DNA from: Macrostomum lignano
Taxonomy: Eukaryota
Reading direction: 5' to 3'
DNA: 64,000 nucleotides
Assembly (NCBI GenBank): GCA_002269645.1
Contig: NIVC01000359.1
Location: forward strand, 310,001-374,000
The notes beneath the pieces are model-generated. The model was given only the letters and a program-made list of their open reading frames with translations. It was not told the origin of the DNA and made no database searches. Shown in pieces: positions 27,940 through 40,782 of the stretch (positions within the stretch are counted from its first letter, which is position 1; every line of letters begins with the position of its first letter). Position numbers and translations under genes: made by a program.

Positions 27940-28465
27940 TGTGTCCGCCTGTCTGTGTCCGCCTGTCTGTGTCCGCCTGTCTGTGTCCGCCTGTCTGTGT
28001 CTGTCTTTATGTGTTTGCCTTTCTGTGTTTGCCTTTCTGTGTTTGCTTGTCTATGCCTGCCTGTCTGTGTCCGCCTGTCTGTCTGTCTGTGTCTGCCTGT
28101 CCGTCTGTTTGTCTATGTCTGCCTTTCTGTGTCTGCCTTTCTGTGTCTGTCTGCCTCTGTGTGTGTGTCTATGTCTGTCTGTCTGCCTTTCTGTGTCTGA
28201 TTGTCTGTGTCCGCCTGCCTGTGTCTGCTTGTCTGTGTCTTTTTGTCTGTCTGTCTGCCTCTCTGTGTCTGATTGTATGTGTCCGTTTGTCTGTGTCCGT
28301 TTGTCTGTGTCCGTCTGCCTGTGTCTGACTGTCTGTGTCTGGCTTTCTGTGTCTGACTGTCTGTGTCTGCTTGCCTGTCTGTGTTTTTGACTCTGTCCTT
28401 TTTTTGTTTGTATGTGTCTCAAGGTATGTGTCTCTACGTTGCTTTGTGTCCGACTGTCTGTCTGT
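27940..28465. repeat. 14 bp (CTGTCTGTGTCCGC) and degenerate CTGT-derived repeat
   Basis: Direct reading. Confidence 0.88.
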
Positions 28466-28864
28466 TTCTGTCTCCTGGTCTTTAGACTTAAAACCCAAAA
28501 GGGTGTTGGATGAAACGCACTTTTTTCGCCTTTTGCCTATTTTTTTATTTTCTCCCTTCACTTTTCTTGGATCGCCGCGTCTTCTTCATAGAGGAGCTAT
28601 TTAGCAATTAGCGGATCTCGGCCGGAGTTCCGCATAATCCAATTCGCTATCTCGGTGTCCAGCGGCTGCACTCGCCTGACTGGCTCCATTCTAATTGGTC
28701 TATCTTACCGTTCTCATCTCGGTACTTTAGAGCTGGCACTCTGTCAAGTGTAATTAGCGTATTAATTATGCGGCTCGCTAAAAGAATTTGACGACAGAAT
28801 CGAGCAAGTCGAGCATAGGCGAGCCGATACGAGTGCAAGGCTGCGTCTGGCAGATGCACTGGGG

Positions 28865-29590
28865 AACTTTCGGGTTCGGGAAGTTTCGGGTTTAGAGAGT
28901 TTCGCGTTTCGGAAGTTTCGTGTTTAAAAATTTTCGGGTTGGGAAAGTTTCGGGTTTGAGAGTTTCGGGTTGGAGAAGTTTCCGGTTTAAGAAATTTCCA
29001 GTTTAAGAAATTTTCAGCTAGGAAAGTTCAGTGTTTTAAAAGTTTCAAGTTTGGAAAGTTTCGGGTTTGAGAAGTTTCGGGTTTAGAAAGTTTCGGGTTT
29101 AGAAAGTTTCAGATTAGAAAAGTTTCGGGTTTGAGAAGTTTCGGGTTTAGAAAGTTTTAGATTAGGAAAGTTTCGGATTTGAGAAGTTTCAATTAGGAAA
29201 GTTTCGGGTCTGAGAAGTTTCGGATTAGGAAAGTTTCGGGTTTGAAAAGTTTCGGGTTTAGAAAGTTTCAGATTAGGAAAGTTTCGGGTTTGAGAAGTTT
29301 CGGATTAGGAAAGTTTCGGGTTTGAGAAGTTTCGGATTGGGAAAGTTTCGGGTTTGAGAAGTTTCGGATTAGGAAAGTTTCGGGTTTGAGAAGTTTCGGA
29401 TTAGGAAAGTTTCGGGTTTGAGAAGTTTCGGATTAAGAAAGTTTCGGGTTTGAGAAGTTTCGGATTGGGAAAGTTTCGGGTTTGAGAAGTTTCGGATTAG
29501 GAAAGTTTCGGGTTTGAGAAGTTTCGGATTAGGAAAGTTTCGGGTTTGAGAAGTTTCGGGTTAGGAAATTTTCGGGTTTGAGAAGTTTCC
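28865..29590. repeat. 16 bp monomer / 32 bp dimer minisatellite (GAGAAGTTTCGGATTAGGAAAGTTTCGGGTTT)
   Basis: Degenerate on the left, grading to a homogeneous dimer on the right. Confidence 0.94.
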
Positions 29591-32457
29591 GGGTACTTAG
29601 AATTTGATGAAATTTTGATATCTGTCTTGATGCATCAGCGTCCTGTCTATAACCTATAGGCTGCTTCGTGAAAACTTTCGTATTCAAACTCTTCCTCTCC
29701 CGGCAGCGATCGGTGATCCCAAATCCACTGGCAACTCCTGTATTTCTTGTACAGCGCTTGTAAATAATTGATTTTATTTCTTTCGTTTTTGGATTCTTCA
29801 AAAAAGAGTGCCCGCTTATAAAGCGTTGATTAAGCCGGTGCCAGGACCGACCTCGGGGTTGAGGCGAAACAGGCAGCCAGCGGGACTGAGGGATTAATAA
29901 CTTGTCTTAAAAAAGCGAACAGGTGCGCTAAGGCAATGGGGGGAGGGAGAAAGTGCGAAAGAAATCGTAGCCTCTTTAACTTCCTCCCCTTCCAACTACA
30001 CAGAAGATTCATTGCCTCCGCCTTCTAGTGGAAATGTTTTATCTCTGCGCGGTGCCCCTAGCGAGTTTTTATAAGGGAACTGGGACTGGGCCAGCAGGGC
30101 CAGGTGCGCGCCTTTAAAAAGATTATTACTAAACCAGCAACTGGCGTCGCTGCACACCGATGGATGTGGGGCCTTTCTATCTTCCTTTCCCTCTCTCTTG
30201 CCTCCCCGCCAACTATATACTACGATTGTAGCCCGGATTCCTCCCGAAATATCTTCTAGCTGCTTGCTGGGCTATATACACATTCCATCCATCCACCTGA
30301 CCCGTTCCCGCATCGTTATCTCTCTCTCCCTCTCTCTCTCTCTCTCTCCCTCTCTCTCTCTCGCCAAGCCACGTCATTCCCCTCCCCCCAGCTTCCAGTA
30401 GCTCTTGAAGTTAGGCAGGTAGGCAGGTATAGTTGACGGGGCGAGTGGAAGGTGTCGAAGGGGGGAGGGGAGGGGGGCAAAGTAAGTAAGCCAACCGACT
30501 GCTACCTGCTAAGGGAAATGGCGTGTTTTTGCAGCAGAAGAGAGAGGAGGTGAGGGGAAGTTCGATGGTTGAAGCAGCGTGGGCGGTCTGGGAATTTAGG
30601 ATATATTTCTTAGAATAGTTCCGTCAGCTTTTCTGACGAACGTATCAGTGAAGACTGCGTCGAATGAAAGTGAAAGAGGCGTTGGGGAGGTTTTGTATCA
30701 ATCAATCCTACTAAGTATGTACTGTATATCATTTCGCAGTAAGAGTGTTGCGAAGTTTGGGGGTGTGTAAAAACCTGCTCAGGGAGTTGGGCAATTATGA
30801 CACATGGCGCACTATCTGCCTGGTGGCCTCGGAGCCTGCATACTTTCTCCCCTTACTCCTCCCCTTATTCGCCCTGGGCTATAAACCTACCCCCCCCCCA
30901 CTTCTGTCGGAAGGCTCCTAGGGACAAATTATTACTGATAATCCTTGTAGGACGGAATCGCTCCCCAAACCTGATTCCCAGGATTAGCCTCAGCTTCCTA
31001 CTTGCTCCATGCCCTCATCCAATTCTGGGCTGATCCACGTTGCCTTAAAAATAAACCGGAACCCCGGGGCCTGTTAAGGTTGGCAGCCAGTTTGTGTTGC
31101 TGCGATGTGATTATCCCATCGTAAAATTACTGCTGTGTGTTTTTACCTTTACGCCGGCCAATTCTCTGAGATGATGGGGAGAGAGAGAGGGGGGGCAGGT
31201 TGCTTCTCCATCTGCCAGCTTCCTTAGTAATGAAACCTTGGGGCGAAAGTAAGTAGATTATGGTCTAGCAGATTGAAGTGGAGAGGAACTTATTGGTAGA
31301 GTTATATATACGCGCACACGCGCATAACCTGCAGCGGTACGCTTGGTAATTAAACCCATCAGTAAGGGAGTTGCAATAGAGAGAGAGAGAGAGAGAGACG
31401 AAACCAGGGGAAAGCTTTGTTAGAATTATATTAAGACTCAAGTTCCCAGCTGTGTGACTCCCCTGGCGCTCTTCTAGTACGGAGCCTTTTTTCTCTTTAC
31501 TCTAACCCTAGGAAAAATGAGTCGAAAATAAGGCTGGCCGGCTCTCTCTCTCTCTCTCTTTCTTTTAAGAGAATCGACAAACTCATCAATTACCAACTAG
31601 TCTCACTAGCTCACTCACTCACTTTCACTCACTCATTCTCTCTCTCTTTGCATATCTCGCCCGCCTAAAACTCTTGGTACTGAGTGTGTGTGTGTGTGCG
31701 CTCTGGCATCTCTTACACCAACCGCGCGGCGGCCTCCGCCTTAACTGAGTCATCTCCCTCTTCCCCTCCTTCCCCCATTCATTCTATAGCTCTTGTTGTT
31801 TCTGCTCAAGCTCCAAGCTTTAGTTAGTATACATACATGTATATTGTATGCTGCACCGTCCGCCTACACACACACACGGTCCCTGCCGATGCAAGCTGTG
31901 CAGTTTGGCGTCAAAAGAGTATGGCACAGGGGAGAGAGTGTGCTCTGTCTCCCTGCTTGCTTCTCAAACCTCAACTCACCTTATACTGTAGGTGTATTCT
32001 TGACAAAAACTAGCAGCCTTCAAAATTTTTAATTTTTAGACCAGAGCAAATTGCTATGAAGTATTCAGCCCCCCCCCCCCCTGTTGGGGAAGGGAGATGG
32101 AGGGGAAGCTTTTTTACTTCATATATCAGCATCCCACCTTGAGCAACTATGAGGAAAAAATTAGTAGACCAACTTTCGTCTACGCTAAAAGTAATAACAT
32201 AACGATAATAGCAATAGTAATAACTATTAAGCCAGTTCCGGTATAAAATGTTGCAAAATATTTTTGATTGATGGCCTGTTATATGTTGCTGTGCAGATCT
32301 TGATAGGAAGATCCGATGGAAATTGAGGGGCTTCCGGACCAATCCTTGTTGCAGATAAGATGACAAAAAGAAACTTTTTTGCTTGCTTTTGTGTGAGAAG
32401 CGAACTTTTCATTTTTTTGACGTAGCTGGTTTCTGAGTTCCTACCAGTTAATGATAG

Positions 32458-33460
32458 GGGAACAGAGTGTGTAAAGGGAACAGAAAGGGGGAATCAGGGG
32501 AACAGAATCGGAGAATCAGGGGAACAGAAAGAGGGAATCAGGGGAACAGAAAGGGGGAATCAGGGGAACAGAAAGGGGGAATCAGGGGAACAGAGTGTGT
32601 AAAGGGAACAGAAAGGGGGAATCAGGGGAACAGAATCGGAGAATCAGGGGAACAGAAAGAGGGAATCAGGGGAACAGAAAGGGGGAATCAGGGGAACAGA
32701 ATGGGGAATCAGGGGAACAGAAAGGGGAATCTGGGGAACAGAAAGGGGAATCAGGGGAACAGAATGGGGAATCAGGGGAACAGAATGGGGAATCAGGGGA
32801 ACAGAAAGGGGAATCAGGGGAACAGAAAGGGGAATCTGGGGAACAGAAAGGGGAATCGGGGGAACAGAATGGGGAATCAGGGGAACAGAATCGGAGAATC
32901 AGGGGAACAGAAAGGGGAATCAGGGAACAGAAAGGGGAATCTGGGAAACAGAAAGGGGAATCAGGGGAACAGAATCGGAGAATCAGGGGAACAGAAAGAG
33001 GGAATCAGGGGAACAGAAAGGGGGAGTCAGGGGAACAGAATGGGGAATCAGGGGAACAGAATGGGGAATCAGGGGAACAGAAAGGGGAATCAGGGGAACA
33101 GAATGGGGAATCAGGGGAACAGAGAGGGGGAATCAGGGGAACAGAAAGGGGAATCAGGGGAACAGAAAAGAAGAATCAGGGGAACAGAATGGGGAATCAG
33201 GGGAACAGAGAGGGGGAATCAGGGGAACAGAAAGGGGAATCAGGGGAACAGAAAAGAAGAATCAGGGGAACAGAAAGGGAGAAGAATCAGGGGAACAGAA
33301 AGGGAGAAGAATCAGGGGAACAGAAAATGGGAATCAGGGGAGCAGAAAGGGGAATCAGGGGAACAGAAAATGGGAATCAGGGGAGCAGAAAGGGGAATCA
33401 GGGGAACAGAAAATGGGAATCAGGGGAGCAGAAAGGGGAATCAGGGGAACAGAAAAGGGG
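32458..33460. repeat. 21-22 bp purine-rich minisatellite (GGGGAACAGAAAGGGGAATCA)
   Basis: About 46 units; explains the GNQGNRK and GESGEQK ORFs. Confidence 0.95.
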
Positions 33461-34054
33461 AACGATAACGAAGGATTAGGAGTTAATGATACGTTTAAAA
33501 TGCCGTTCCCTATAGATAAAATCCACTGGCCAACTGCAGTTCTACTTCGATATCCAACCTGTCTGTCTGTCTGCCCGTCCATCTACAAATGCAGCCGTAT
33601 ATTTCTGGAATCGAAAGGAATTGATGCATAACTTCGGGTTACAATTTGTACACACACACTATATAGAGATTATTGCTTAGGCTTATTTGGTTAGAGTTAG
33701 AATACAGAAAGGTTTTAGTAGGAGATTAGTTAGAGGAAAGACAGCGCACCTGTTTCACTTCGGACAAGAAGATGGATTGGGATTTTACGACTCGGAATTG
33801 TATTTACGAATATCGAATGCCCCGAGCCCCGCCAGAACCTCTCCTTCCCTTGGATTCTCTCTGTGTGTGCTGGCTGCTGCAAATGGGCGAGTGGAGCTGC
33901 AGATTAAAGGGAAAACCCGCTGCGCCCTCCTTCCATCTTGCCCTCCCACCCCCTCCTGGCTGCAGACTCTCCCAGGCTCTCTTTTTCCAATTTTATCTGC
34001 CTTATCTGGTGTCCGTTAACGGTAGAACTATACATGCCCTGGAACTGCGGCACT

Positions 34055-35040
34055 GCTAGTAGAACTACTATGGAATTACTAGTACGACGTATAGCTGAGG
34101 AACTACTAGAACTTACTACTAGTAGAAGAACTGAGGAACTACTAGAACTACTACTAGTAGAACTGAGGAACTATTAGAACTACTACTAGTAGAACTGAGG
34201 AACTACCAGAACTACTACTAGTAGAACTGAGGAACTACTAGAACTACTACTAGTAGAACTGAGGAACTATTAGAACTACTACTAGTAGAACTGAGGAACT
34301 ACCAGAACTACTACTAGTAGAACTGAGGAACTACTAGAACTACTACTAGTAGAACTGAGGAACTACTAGAACTACTACTAGTAGAACTGAGGAACTACTA
34401 GAACTACTACTAGTAGAACTGAGGAACTACTAGAACTACTACTAGTAGAACTGAGGAACTATTAGAACTACTACTAGTAGAACTGAGGAACTACTAGAAC
34501 TACTACTAGTAGAACTGAGGAACTACTAGAACTACTAGAACTACTACTAGTAGAACTGAGGAACCACTAGAACTACTAGAACTACTACTAGTAGAACTGA
34601 GGAACTACTAGAACTACTTACTAGTAGAACTGAGAAACTACTAGAACTACTACTAGTAGAACTGAGGAACTACTAGAACTACTACTAGTAGAACTGAGGA
34701 ACTACTAGAACTACTTACTAGTAGAACTGAGGAACTACTAGAACTACTACTAGTAGAACTGAGGAACTACTAGAACTACTACTAGTAGAACTGAGGAACT
34801 ACTAGAACTACTACTAGTAGAACTGAGGAACTACTAGAACTACTACTAGTAGAACTGAGGAACTACTAGAACTACTACTAGTAGAACTGAGGAACTACTA
34901 GAACTACTACTAGTAGAACTGAGGAACTACTAGAACTACTACTAGTAGAACTGAGGAACTACTAGAACTACTTACTAGTAGAACTGAGAAACTACTAGAA
35001 CTACTAGAACTACTACTAATAGAACTGAGGAACTACTAAT
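34055..35040. repeat. 32 bp minisatellite (GAACTACTACTAGTAGAACTGAGGAACTACTA)
   Basis: About 30 copies, each containing the palindrome CTACTAGTAG. Confidence 0.96.
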
Positions 35041-35570
35041 ATTTAAGCTGTATGAATAGGCTCTCATTTAGTGTGTTCACCTAGTGTGTTCACCTTAAGT
35101 GTGTTCACCATACAGCGAGAAAAAATTGGCAATGGAGAAGAAAAGCATTTCTTAGCTACGGACGTTTATAATAGCACCCACCTGATAATGCGATTCTAAT
35201 GTACATCTGATCCCCTCGTGTCCTTAACTAATTTATTTTAACTGCTTTTATCTCGTTTCCCAACGGTTTATTATGATTATTTAATTTATTCCCTCTCCCC
35301 ATCGCGGATTCCCTTATAGACTTTGCAATAGTCCGCAATAACTGCCAAGCTATGACTAACCGACTGGCCTCAGGGGTTCGCGGGCAGAAACAGGTGGGTT
35401 GATCGAAAGAGAGAGAGAGAGAGAGACAGGGGAGTAGACGAGAGAGAGAGGGGAGAGAGAGATAGATTCCGCAGTCGATAAACAGACACCCCTGATGCGA
35501 GCGTAGCCATAGTTAGACTGGAACTGCAAGCGGTAGAGCTGCTGCAGGGAGCTAGAGCGAGAGAGAGAGG

Positions 35571-35614
<44 letters not shown>

Positions 35615-35984
35615 GGGACCTGCGCCGCCGCCGCCAAGTGAAGATAAACTGGGTAGTCAAACCGACGATCCCGGCATTCTCCGCGATTTTACACCACTCT
35701 CTCTTCCTCTCACGCCCGCCCCCTCCACCCGATGTAGGCTTTTGGAAATCTTCTTCTAGGGCTTTGGTGGTAATTTTTCCTAGGGGAATGTCTGTATATC
35801 CTTTTTCTCTCCTAATTCCCAATACCTGCCTTCCCAGACTCTCCCACTTCGTTGATTTGGATTTGACAGCTCTGATTGCCATTTTAATAGTTTTAGTAGA
35901 ATTGAATCGCTGGTTAGGAATTCTTCCCGGGAAGAATTTCCCTTTCTCCCAATTTGTTCATTTTAAGCGTAAATTCTAACTCCC

Positions 35985-36255
35985 GTTTCACACAGTCTCC
36001 ACTTTCACACAGTCTCCCCTTTTGACACAGTCTTCCTTTTACACAGTCTCCACTTTCACACAGTCTATACTTTCACACAGTCTCCTTTTCACACAGTCTC
36101 CTTTTCACACAGTCTTCCCTTCACACAGTTTCCCTTTCATACAGTCTTCCCTTTAACACATTTTCTTTTTCACACAGTATCCCCTTTCAAAAAATCTCCC
36201 TTTTCTGACAATCTCCCTTTTCACATCGCCTCTTTTCTCACACCGTCTCAATTCA
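35985..36255. repeat. ~17 bp degenerate minisatellite (TTCACACAGTCTCCxCT)
   Basis: ACAGTC recurs every 16-18 bp. Confidence 0.8.
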
Positions 36256-36949
36256 CACATGTTTCCTTGTCACACCCTCCCTTCTCTTCTCTACCCTCCC
36301 CTGCCACTACAGTTCCGACTACTCACTATTTTAACAATTAATATTCATGCCCATAACCCAGTGCTGCATTTCTATTGCTACCGCTTACTAAACTGCTTGC
36401 CAAGCTTCTTAGCTTCGTATATAAGTCAAACAATACATTATTCAGCATATCTAGCGTATGTTAGAACAATATGAAAGACCTAATCTCGATATTCTGAGAA
36501 TCTCAGATGGATCCCTTGTTTTTTAATGAAGTTCAGCTCCCGCAGTATGATCGAGTTAATAATCCGACTGAATTTCTAGAAATGGAAGTCTTGGTCAAGT
36601 TCAGCTGGGCGCATGCAGTGAAAGTGCGAATCCGCTTGAAGGCACAGAATAGGAGTCTATTTTGATCGATAAGTATTGATTTTTACAAGCTAGAATCCTT
36701 TGATCTTCAGCGCGGACTGTTGTTTGCTTCCACTGGCCTCCCCTCTGTCTCGATTTCTAAACTGGCGCAAGTTCAAATATCTTTTCAGTCAGACCTCACT
36801 AGGTCCCAGTTACTCTGTCATTGCCATTGAATCTTGGGCTTGAGCACTTCTCTGTTTGAAGATGAGAAACTAAGATAGCGTCAGGGTTGTGCCTATCTAG
36901 CCCTCTGTTGCAGCCTTGATTCTGCATGCTGGCTTATTTCCGCCACTTC

Positions 36950-37300
36950 TCTCTCCGTCTTCTCTCCCTTCTCTCTCTGTCTCTCTCTCCCTCTCGCTCT
37001 CTCCTCTCCCCTCTCTACCTCTCCCTCTTTTCCCCTGTTTCATCTCCCTCTTCTTTCTCTCTTTCTCTCTCTCCCTCCTCTTCCCTCTCTACCTCTCCCT
37101 CTCTTCCCCTGTTTCATCTCCCTCTTCTTTCTCTCTTTCTCTCTCTCCCTCCTCTCCCCTCTCTACCTCTCCCTCTATCCCCTCTTCCATCTCTCTCCCT
37201 TTCTCTCTCCCCTCTCTCTCTCCCCCTCTCCCTTAATCCCGCGCTGCCTCTCACCCCACTCTCCCTCTCACCCCACTCTCCCTCTCACCCCACTCTCCCT
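36950..37300. repeat. CT-rich low-complexity polypyrimidine tract
   Basis: Direct reading. Confidence 0.9.
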
Positions 37301-39065
37301 CCCTTTTCTCTTATTCTCGTTACTTTCTGTCATCCTGAGAACTGGCCACGCCCATAAAATCGCGCAACTAGCTCAGAGGCGATCAGGTGTGAACCTAAAA
37401 ACTCAATACTGGTCTTTTACCTTTGACTCTACCTTAATCATTAATTCTGTTCTGCAGTTGGTGAGGAGGCTCTGTGTTGTCACGCAGTGCTTTAACACAA
37501 TTGTCTGCCTGACAGGCGTTAGGCGCTGGCGTTCAGGCCGCTCAATTGAGGACACGTTTATGCAGTTTAGTTGGGCATTTTTTCAATTCCCCTCCACTCA
37601 CACCGCGTGCACTGAATTCTTTTCGGCAAGGAGACAGAGAGAGAGAGTTGTTCCTTCACACGCGCCATTTCCCTCGCCTCCGTCTCTTTTCCTGCTTCCC
37701 CAGAACTTGTCAACCCCCGCCCCCTACAATTGTGGGCTCAACTTTTCCTTATTATTTGCAAGTTGCCATTCATCAAGCTGTTTTAGTTAGCTTGCTTGCC
37801 TGTACTTTGACAGGACTTAGGCATGGCTGCTGTATGCGCTGGTTGAAGCATTGACCGCCTTGGAGACCATTTTTACCAATTTTCTCCTACTAACTGAGTT
37901 CTACTACCTTAAATAGAAAAAGAATTGTTTGAGTCAATGCGAACGCGACATTGCTACTTTAGTAGTGCGTTTCGAATGCATATCAGTGGGTAGATGTAAT
38001 GAGCTCGATCGAGGCCTGAGACTTCTCGAAGTCCTAATTCTCACATGCACGCACACCGCTTTCGCGTTTGAAAAGGGAAAGTTCCTGTCCTGTCGCAGAG
38101 AGAGAGAGAGAAAGAGAGAAACACACGCGCGGGACAAAATCTTCTTTCGACTGGACCTACCAGATCGTTTTATTGCCGCAGCTGCGAGCTGAAGCAAGGA
38201 GGCCGAGAGCCAAAGTTTGGACTAGCAACTCTTCATCAAAGCATTTTCCCAGTTTTCAGACAAGTGTAGGTAGGCTTTTCTGTAAACTTCGGTTCAATTG
38301 CAGTTTGACATTCGACAAAGCTGTTCGAGGATTAAAAAAACTTTTATGCATCACAATTTATTTTATTTCTAGTCACAAACAGTAGCTTTTTTAGCTGAGT
38401 TTATTGCTCAGAATGCAATAAATAGTCACTTAAATATTAGGGGAGAAAACTCCCTTATTGCCTGTGTTGCAAACTGCATAACTGCAGTCAGCCTGTACTT
38501 GTCTTGACACTGGAGAGCTTATAGTGGAGTTGTCAATCCAGACTCTGGCTCCAAGTCACCTTGGCTGAGCTGAGCAAGCAATTTACAGAACGAGAGCAAG
38601 CAAGCAGCGCTAGAAAGCAAACTAACCTGAAAGCAGAAAAGAAATCTTTTAAACTTTTCCGGAGTTACGGAGTGAAAGAGGACAAGCAGAAATTGAGAAT
38701 CTTACTAAGAGAAACAATTGGCTGAGCCTACAACAACAAGAAGAACAGCAAGAAAAAGAAAACGTTTTCTTCTTCTTTCAATCTCACATTCAGAGTAGAC
38801 TCAGCTACGGCAGTTAGCCATATACGGTACAGTAATGGCTATGGCGTGCATTTCCACGACTGCCTGAGCAAGCTTACACGTAGCCCCTCCCTCCCCTTCC
38901 CTCTGTCAGCGCGTGTCGAACGGGCGGTATTTAAAAAAGCATATATAAGTTTATGCTCGAAAGAATGAAAATTCTCTTCTTAAGTCGCTCTAAGTTCGGT
39001 GCTAATATAATAATACTCGTTAGAAACTATACTGATCCCAGCCTGACTGACTGACGGACTGTCAG

Positions 39066-39219
39066 ATGTCGTCAGAGATCTTTAGACGATCCCAGCTAGT
39101 TAGACGATCCGATTCTAGATTGCTGCTTGAGCAGCAACGTCATCGCTGCTTTCGGGACACCATTGCTGTGCTGCCCGAGTCCGTTGTTGGTGTTGCTAAT
39201 GACGCTCGGCTGTGGCCTG
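39066..39219 (+). CDS. RasGAP gene, proximal first coding exon (MSSEIFRRSQ...NDARLWP)
   Basis: ATG 39066 to G|GTGAGC at 39220 is phase 1 and joins the 40402 exon in frame. TATA-like TATTTAAA lies ~140 bp upstream. Confidence 0.6.
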
Positions 39220-39296
39220 GTGAGCTGTTGGCTCATTGCCAAATTTGACGTGTCTGGCATTTTTCTTAATTATTAGTTGTGCTATGGGTCATTGGA

Positions 39297-39960
39297 TTCA
39301 GCGGTAGGTCATTGAGTCACATCCTCAATAGGTCATAAGTTCATCCAGCGGTAGGTCATAAGTTCATCCAGCGGTAGGTCATAAGTTCATTCAGCGGTAG
39401 GTCATAAGTTCATTCAGCGGTAGGTCATAAGTTCATCCAGCGGTAGGTCATAAGTTCATCCAGCGGTAGGTCATTGAATCGCATTCTCAGTAGGTCATCA
39501 TTTCATCCACCGGTAGGTCATTGAATCTCATTCTCATTAGGTCATCATTTCATCCACCGGTAGGTCATTGAATCGCATTCTCAGTAGGTCATCATTTCAT
39601 CCACCGGTAGGTCATTGAATCTCATTCTCATTAGGTCATCATTTCATCCACCGGTAGGTCATTGAATCTCATTCTCATTAGGTCATCATTTCATCCACCG
39701 GTAGGTCATTGAATCTCATTCTCATTAGGTCATCATTTCATCCACCGGTATGTCATTGAATCTCATTCTCATTAGGTCATCATTTCATCCACCGGTAGGT
39801 CATTGAATCGCATTCTCAGTAGGTCATCATTTCATCCAGCGGTAGGTCATTGAATCTCATTCTCAGTAGGTCACTGGGTCCTTTCCTCAGTGATCATATA
39901 GGGTTATTTCCTCGGTGATCATTGGGTCATGCCCGCAGTAGGGTACTTTGCATGACCCAG
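39297..39960. repeat. 23 bp monomer (CAGCGGTAGGTCATAAGTTCATC) passing into a 47 bp dimer array
   Basis: CACCGG recurs at 39508 and 39555 (47 bp period) after the 23 bp units. Confidence 0.92.
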
Positions 39961-40401
39961 AGTAGGGTATTTTGTCATCCTAGGAACACATGACTAAATA
40001 AAAGTAAAATGCTACAAAAGTCAACTATGATTTCCATAACCCAGGCCTTTAGTCCAGAAAAGTGCAAAGCGAATTCCCAGTCGCGAACCTTTCCCCTCGC
40101 ACTCGCCGACCTCACCGACCCGGTAGTGTTTTATTTGTTTTACTTAGTTAAGCTAATATGCTCGTAGTTTTTCTTCACAGATTTTGTTTATCGAAAAAGC
40201 GCCACTTCCAAGTTAAAGGAGGTCCAAGCTGGTCGAAGCTTACTCCCAGAACGAATTCCACTTGATAGTGATTGACATCGCTTAGCCTTGGTTTAAACTG
40301 TTGAGCTGTGATACTGTTTTTCACTTTTTACTTCGTATTTCATGAGTTTTTGTTCAATGATCTAATGTTTTTCATTTGTTGCCAACCAAAAACATCTGCA
40401 G

Positions 40402-40514
40402 AATCCTCGTGCGAGTCTACCAGCGATGCGGGAGCGAAGTTCGATGCCAGCTGGAGGAGAAGCAGCGTGCAGCTCAACAGGCCGCAGGAGCAGAAGACTG
40501 GCAGTAGGATTAAG
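40402..40514 (+). CDS. DAB2IP: DAB2IP/SynGAP/RASAL2-family RasGAP, exon 2 (...QKTGSRIK)
   Basis: ctgcag| acceptor and AAG|GTGAGT donor, phase 1 to 0. It joins the next exon to give GSRIKNLFRGISMKRTKSATKL, similar to the family motif LKGSIKRTKSQ.KL. Co-orthologous to DAB2IP, SYNGAP1 and RASAL2. Confidence 0.75.
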
Positions 40515-40517
40515 GTG

Positions 40518-40782
40518 AGTTTGGCTAATGTGTGTGTTAGTTTGGCTAATATGTGTGAGTTCTGCTAATGCCTCAGTCAGTTTGGCTAATGCCTCAGTCA
40601 GTTTGGCTAATGCCTCAGTCAGTTTGGCTAATGCCTCAGTCAGTTTGGCTAATGCCTCAGTCAGTTTGGCTAATGCCTCAGTCAGTTTGGCTAATGCCTC
40701 AGTCAGTTTGGCTAATGCCTCAGTCAGTTTGGCTAATGCCTCAGTCAGTTTGGCTAATGCCTCAGTCAGTTTGGCTAATGCC
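40518..40782. repeat. 21 bp minisatellite (GTTTGGCTAATGCCTCAGTCA)
   Basis: About 12 copies; the first unit overlaps the splice donor. Confidence 0.95.

Noticed and set aside
28865-29590. Resemblance to telomeric repeats (TTCGGG/TTAGG)
   Set aside because: The unit is 16/32 bp with no tandem TTAGGG run.
31889-31991. Another ATG-to-phase-1-donor segment (MQAVQFGVKRVW...PYTV, AG|GTGTAT) as a possible RasGAP first exon
   Set aside because: The donor is weaker and there is no compositional support; phase 1 arises by chance one time in three.
32467-33479. 333/294-aa G/N/Q/E-rich ORFs resembling collagen or repeat proteins
   Set aside because: Several frames are open simultaneously and shift with unit indels, which is typical of a non-coding tandem repeat.
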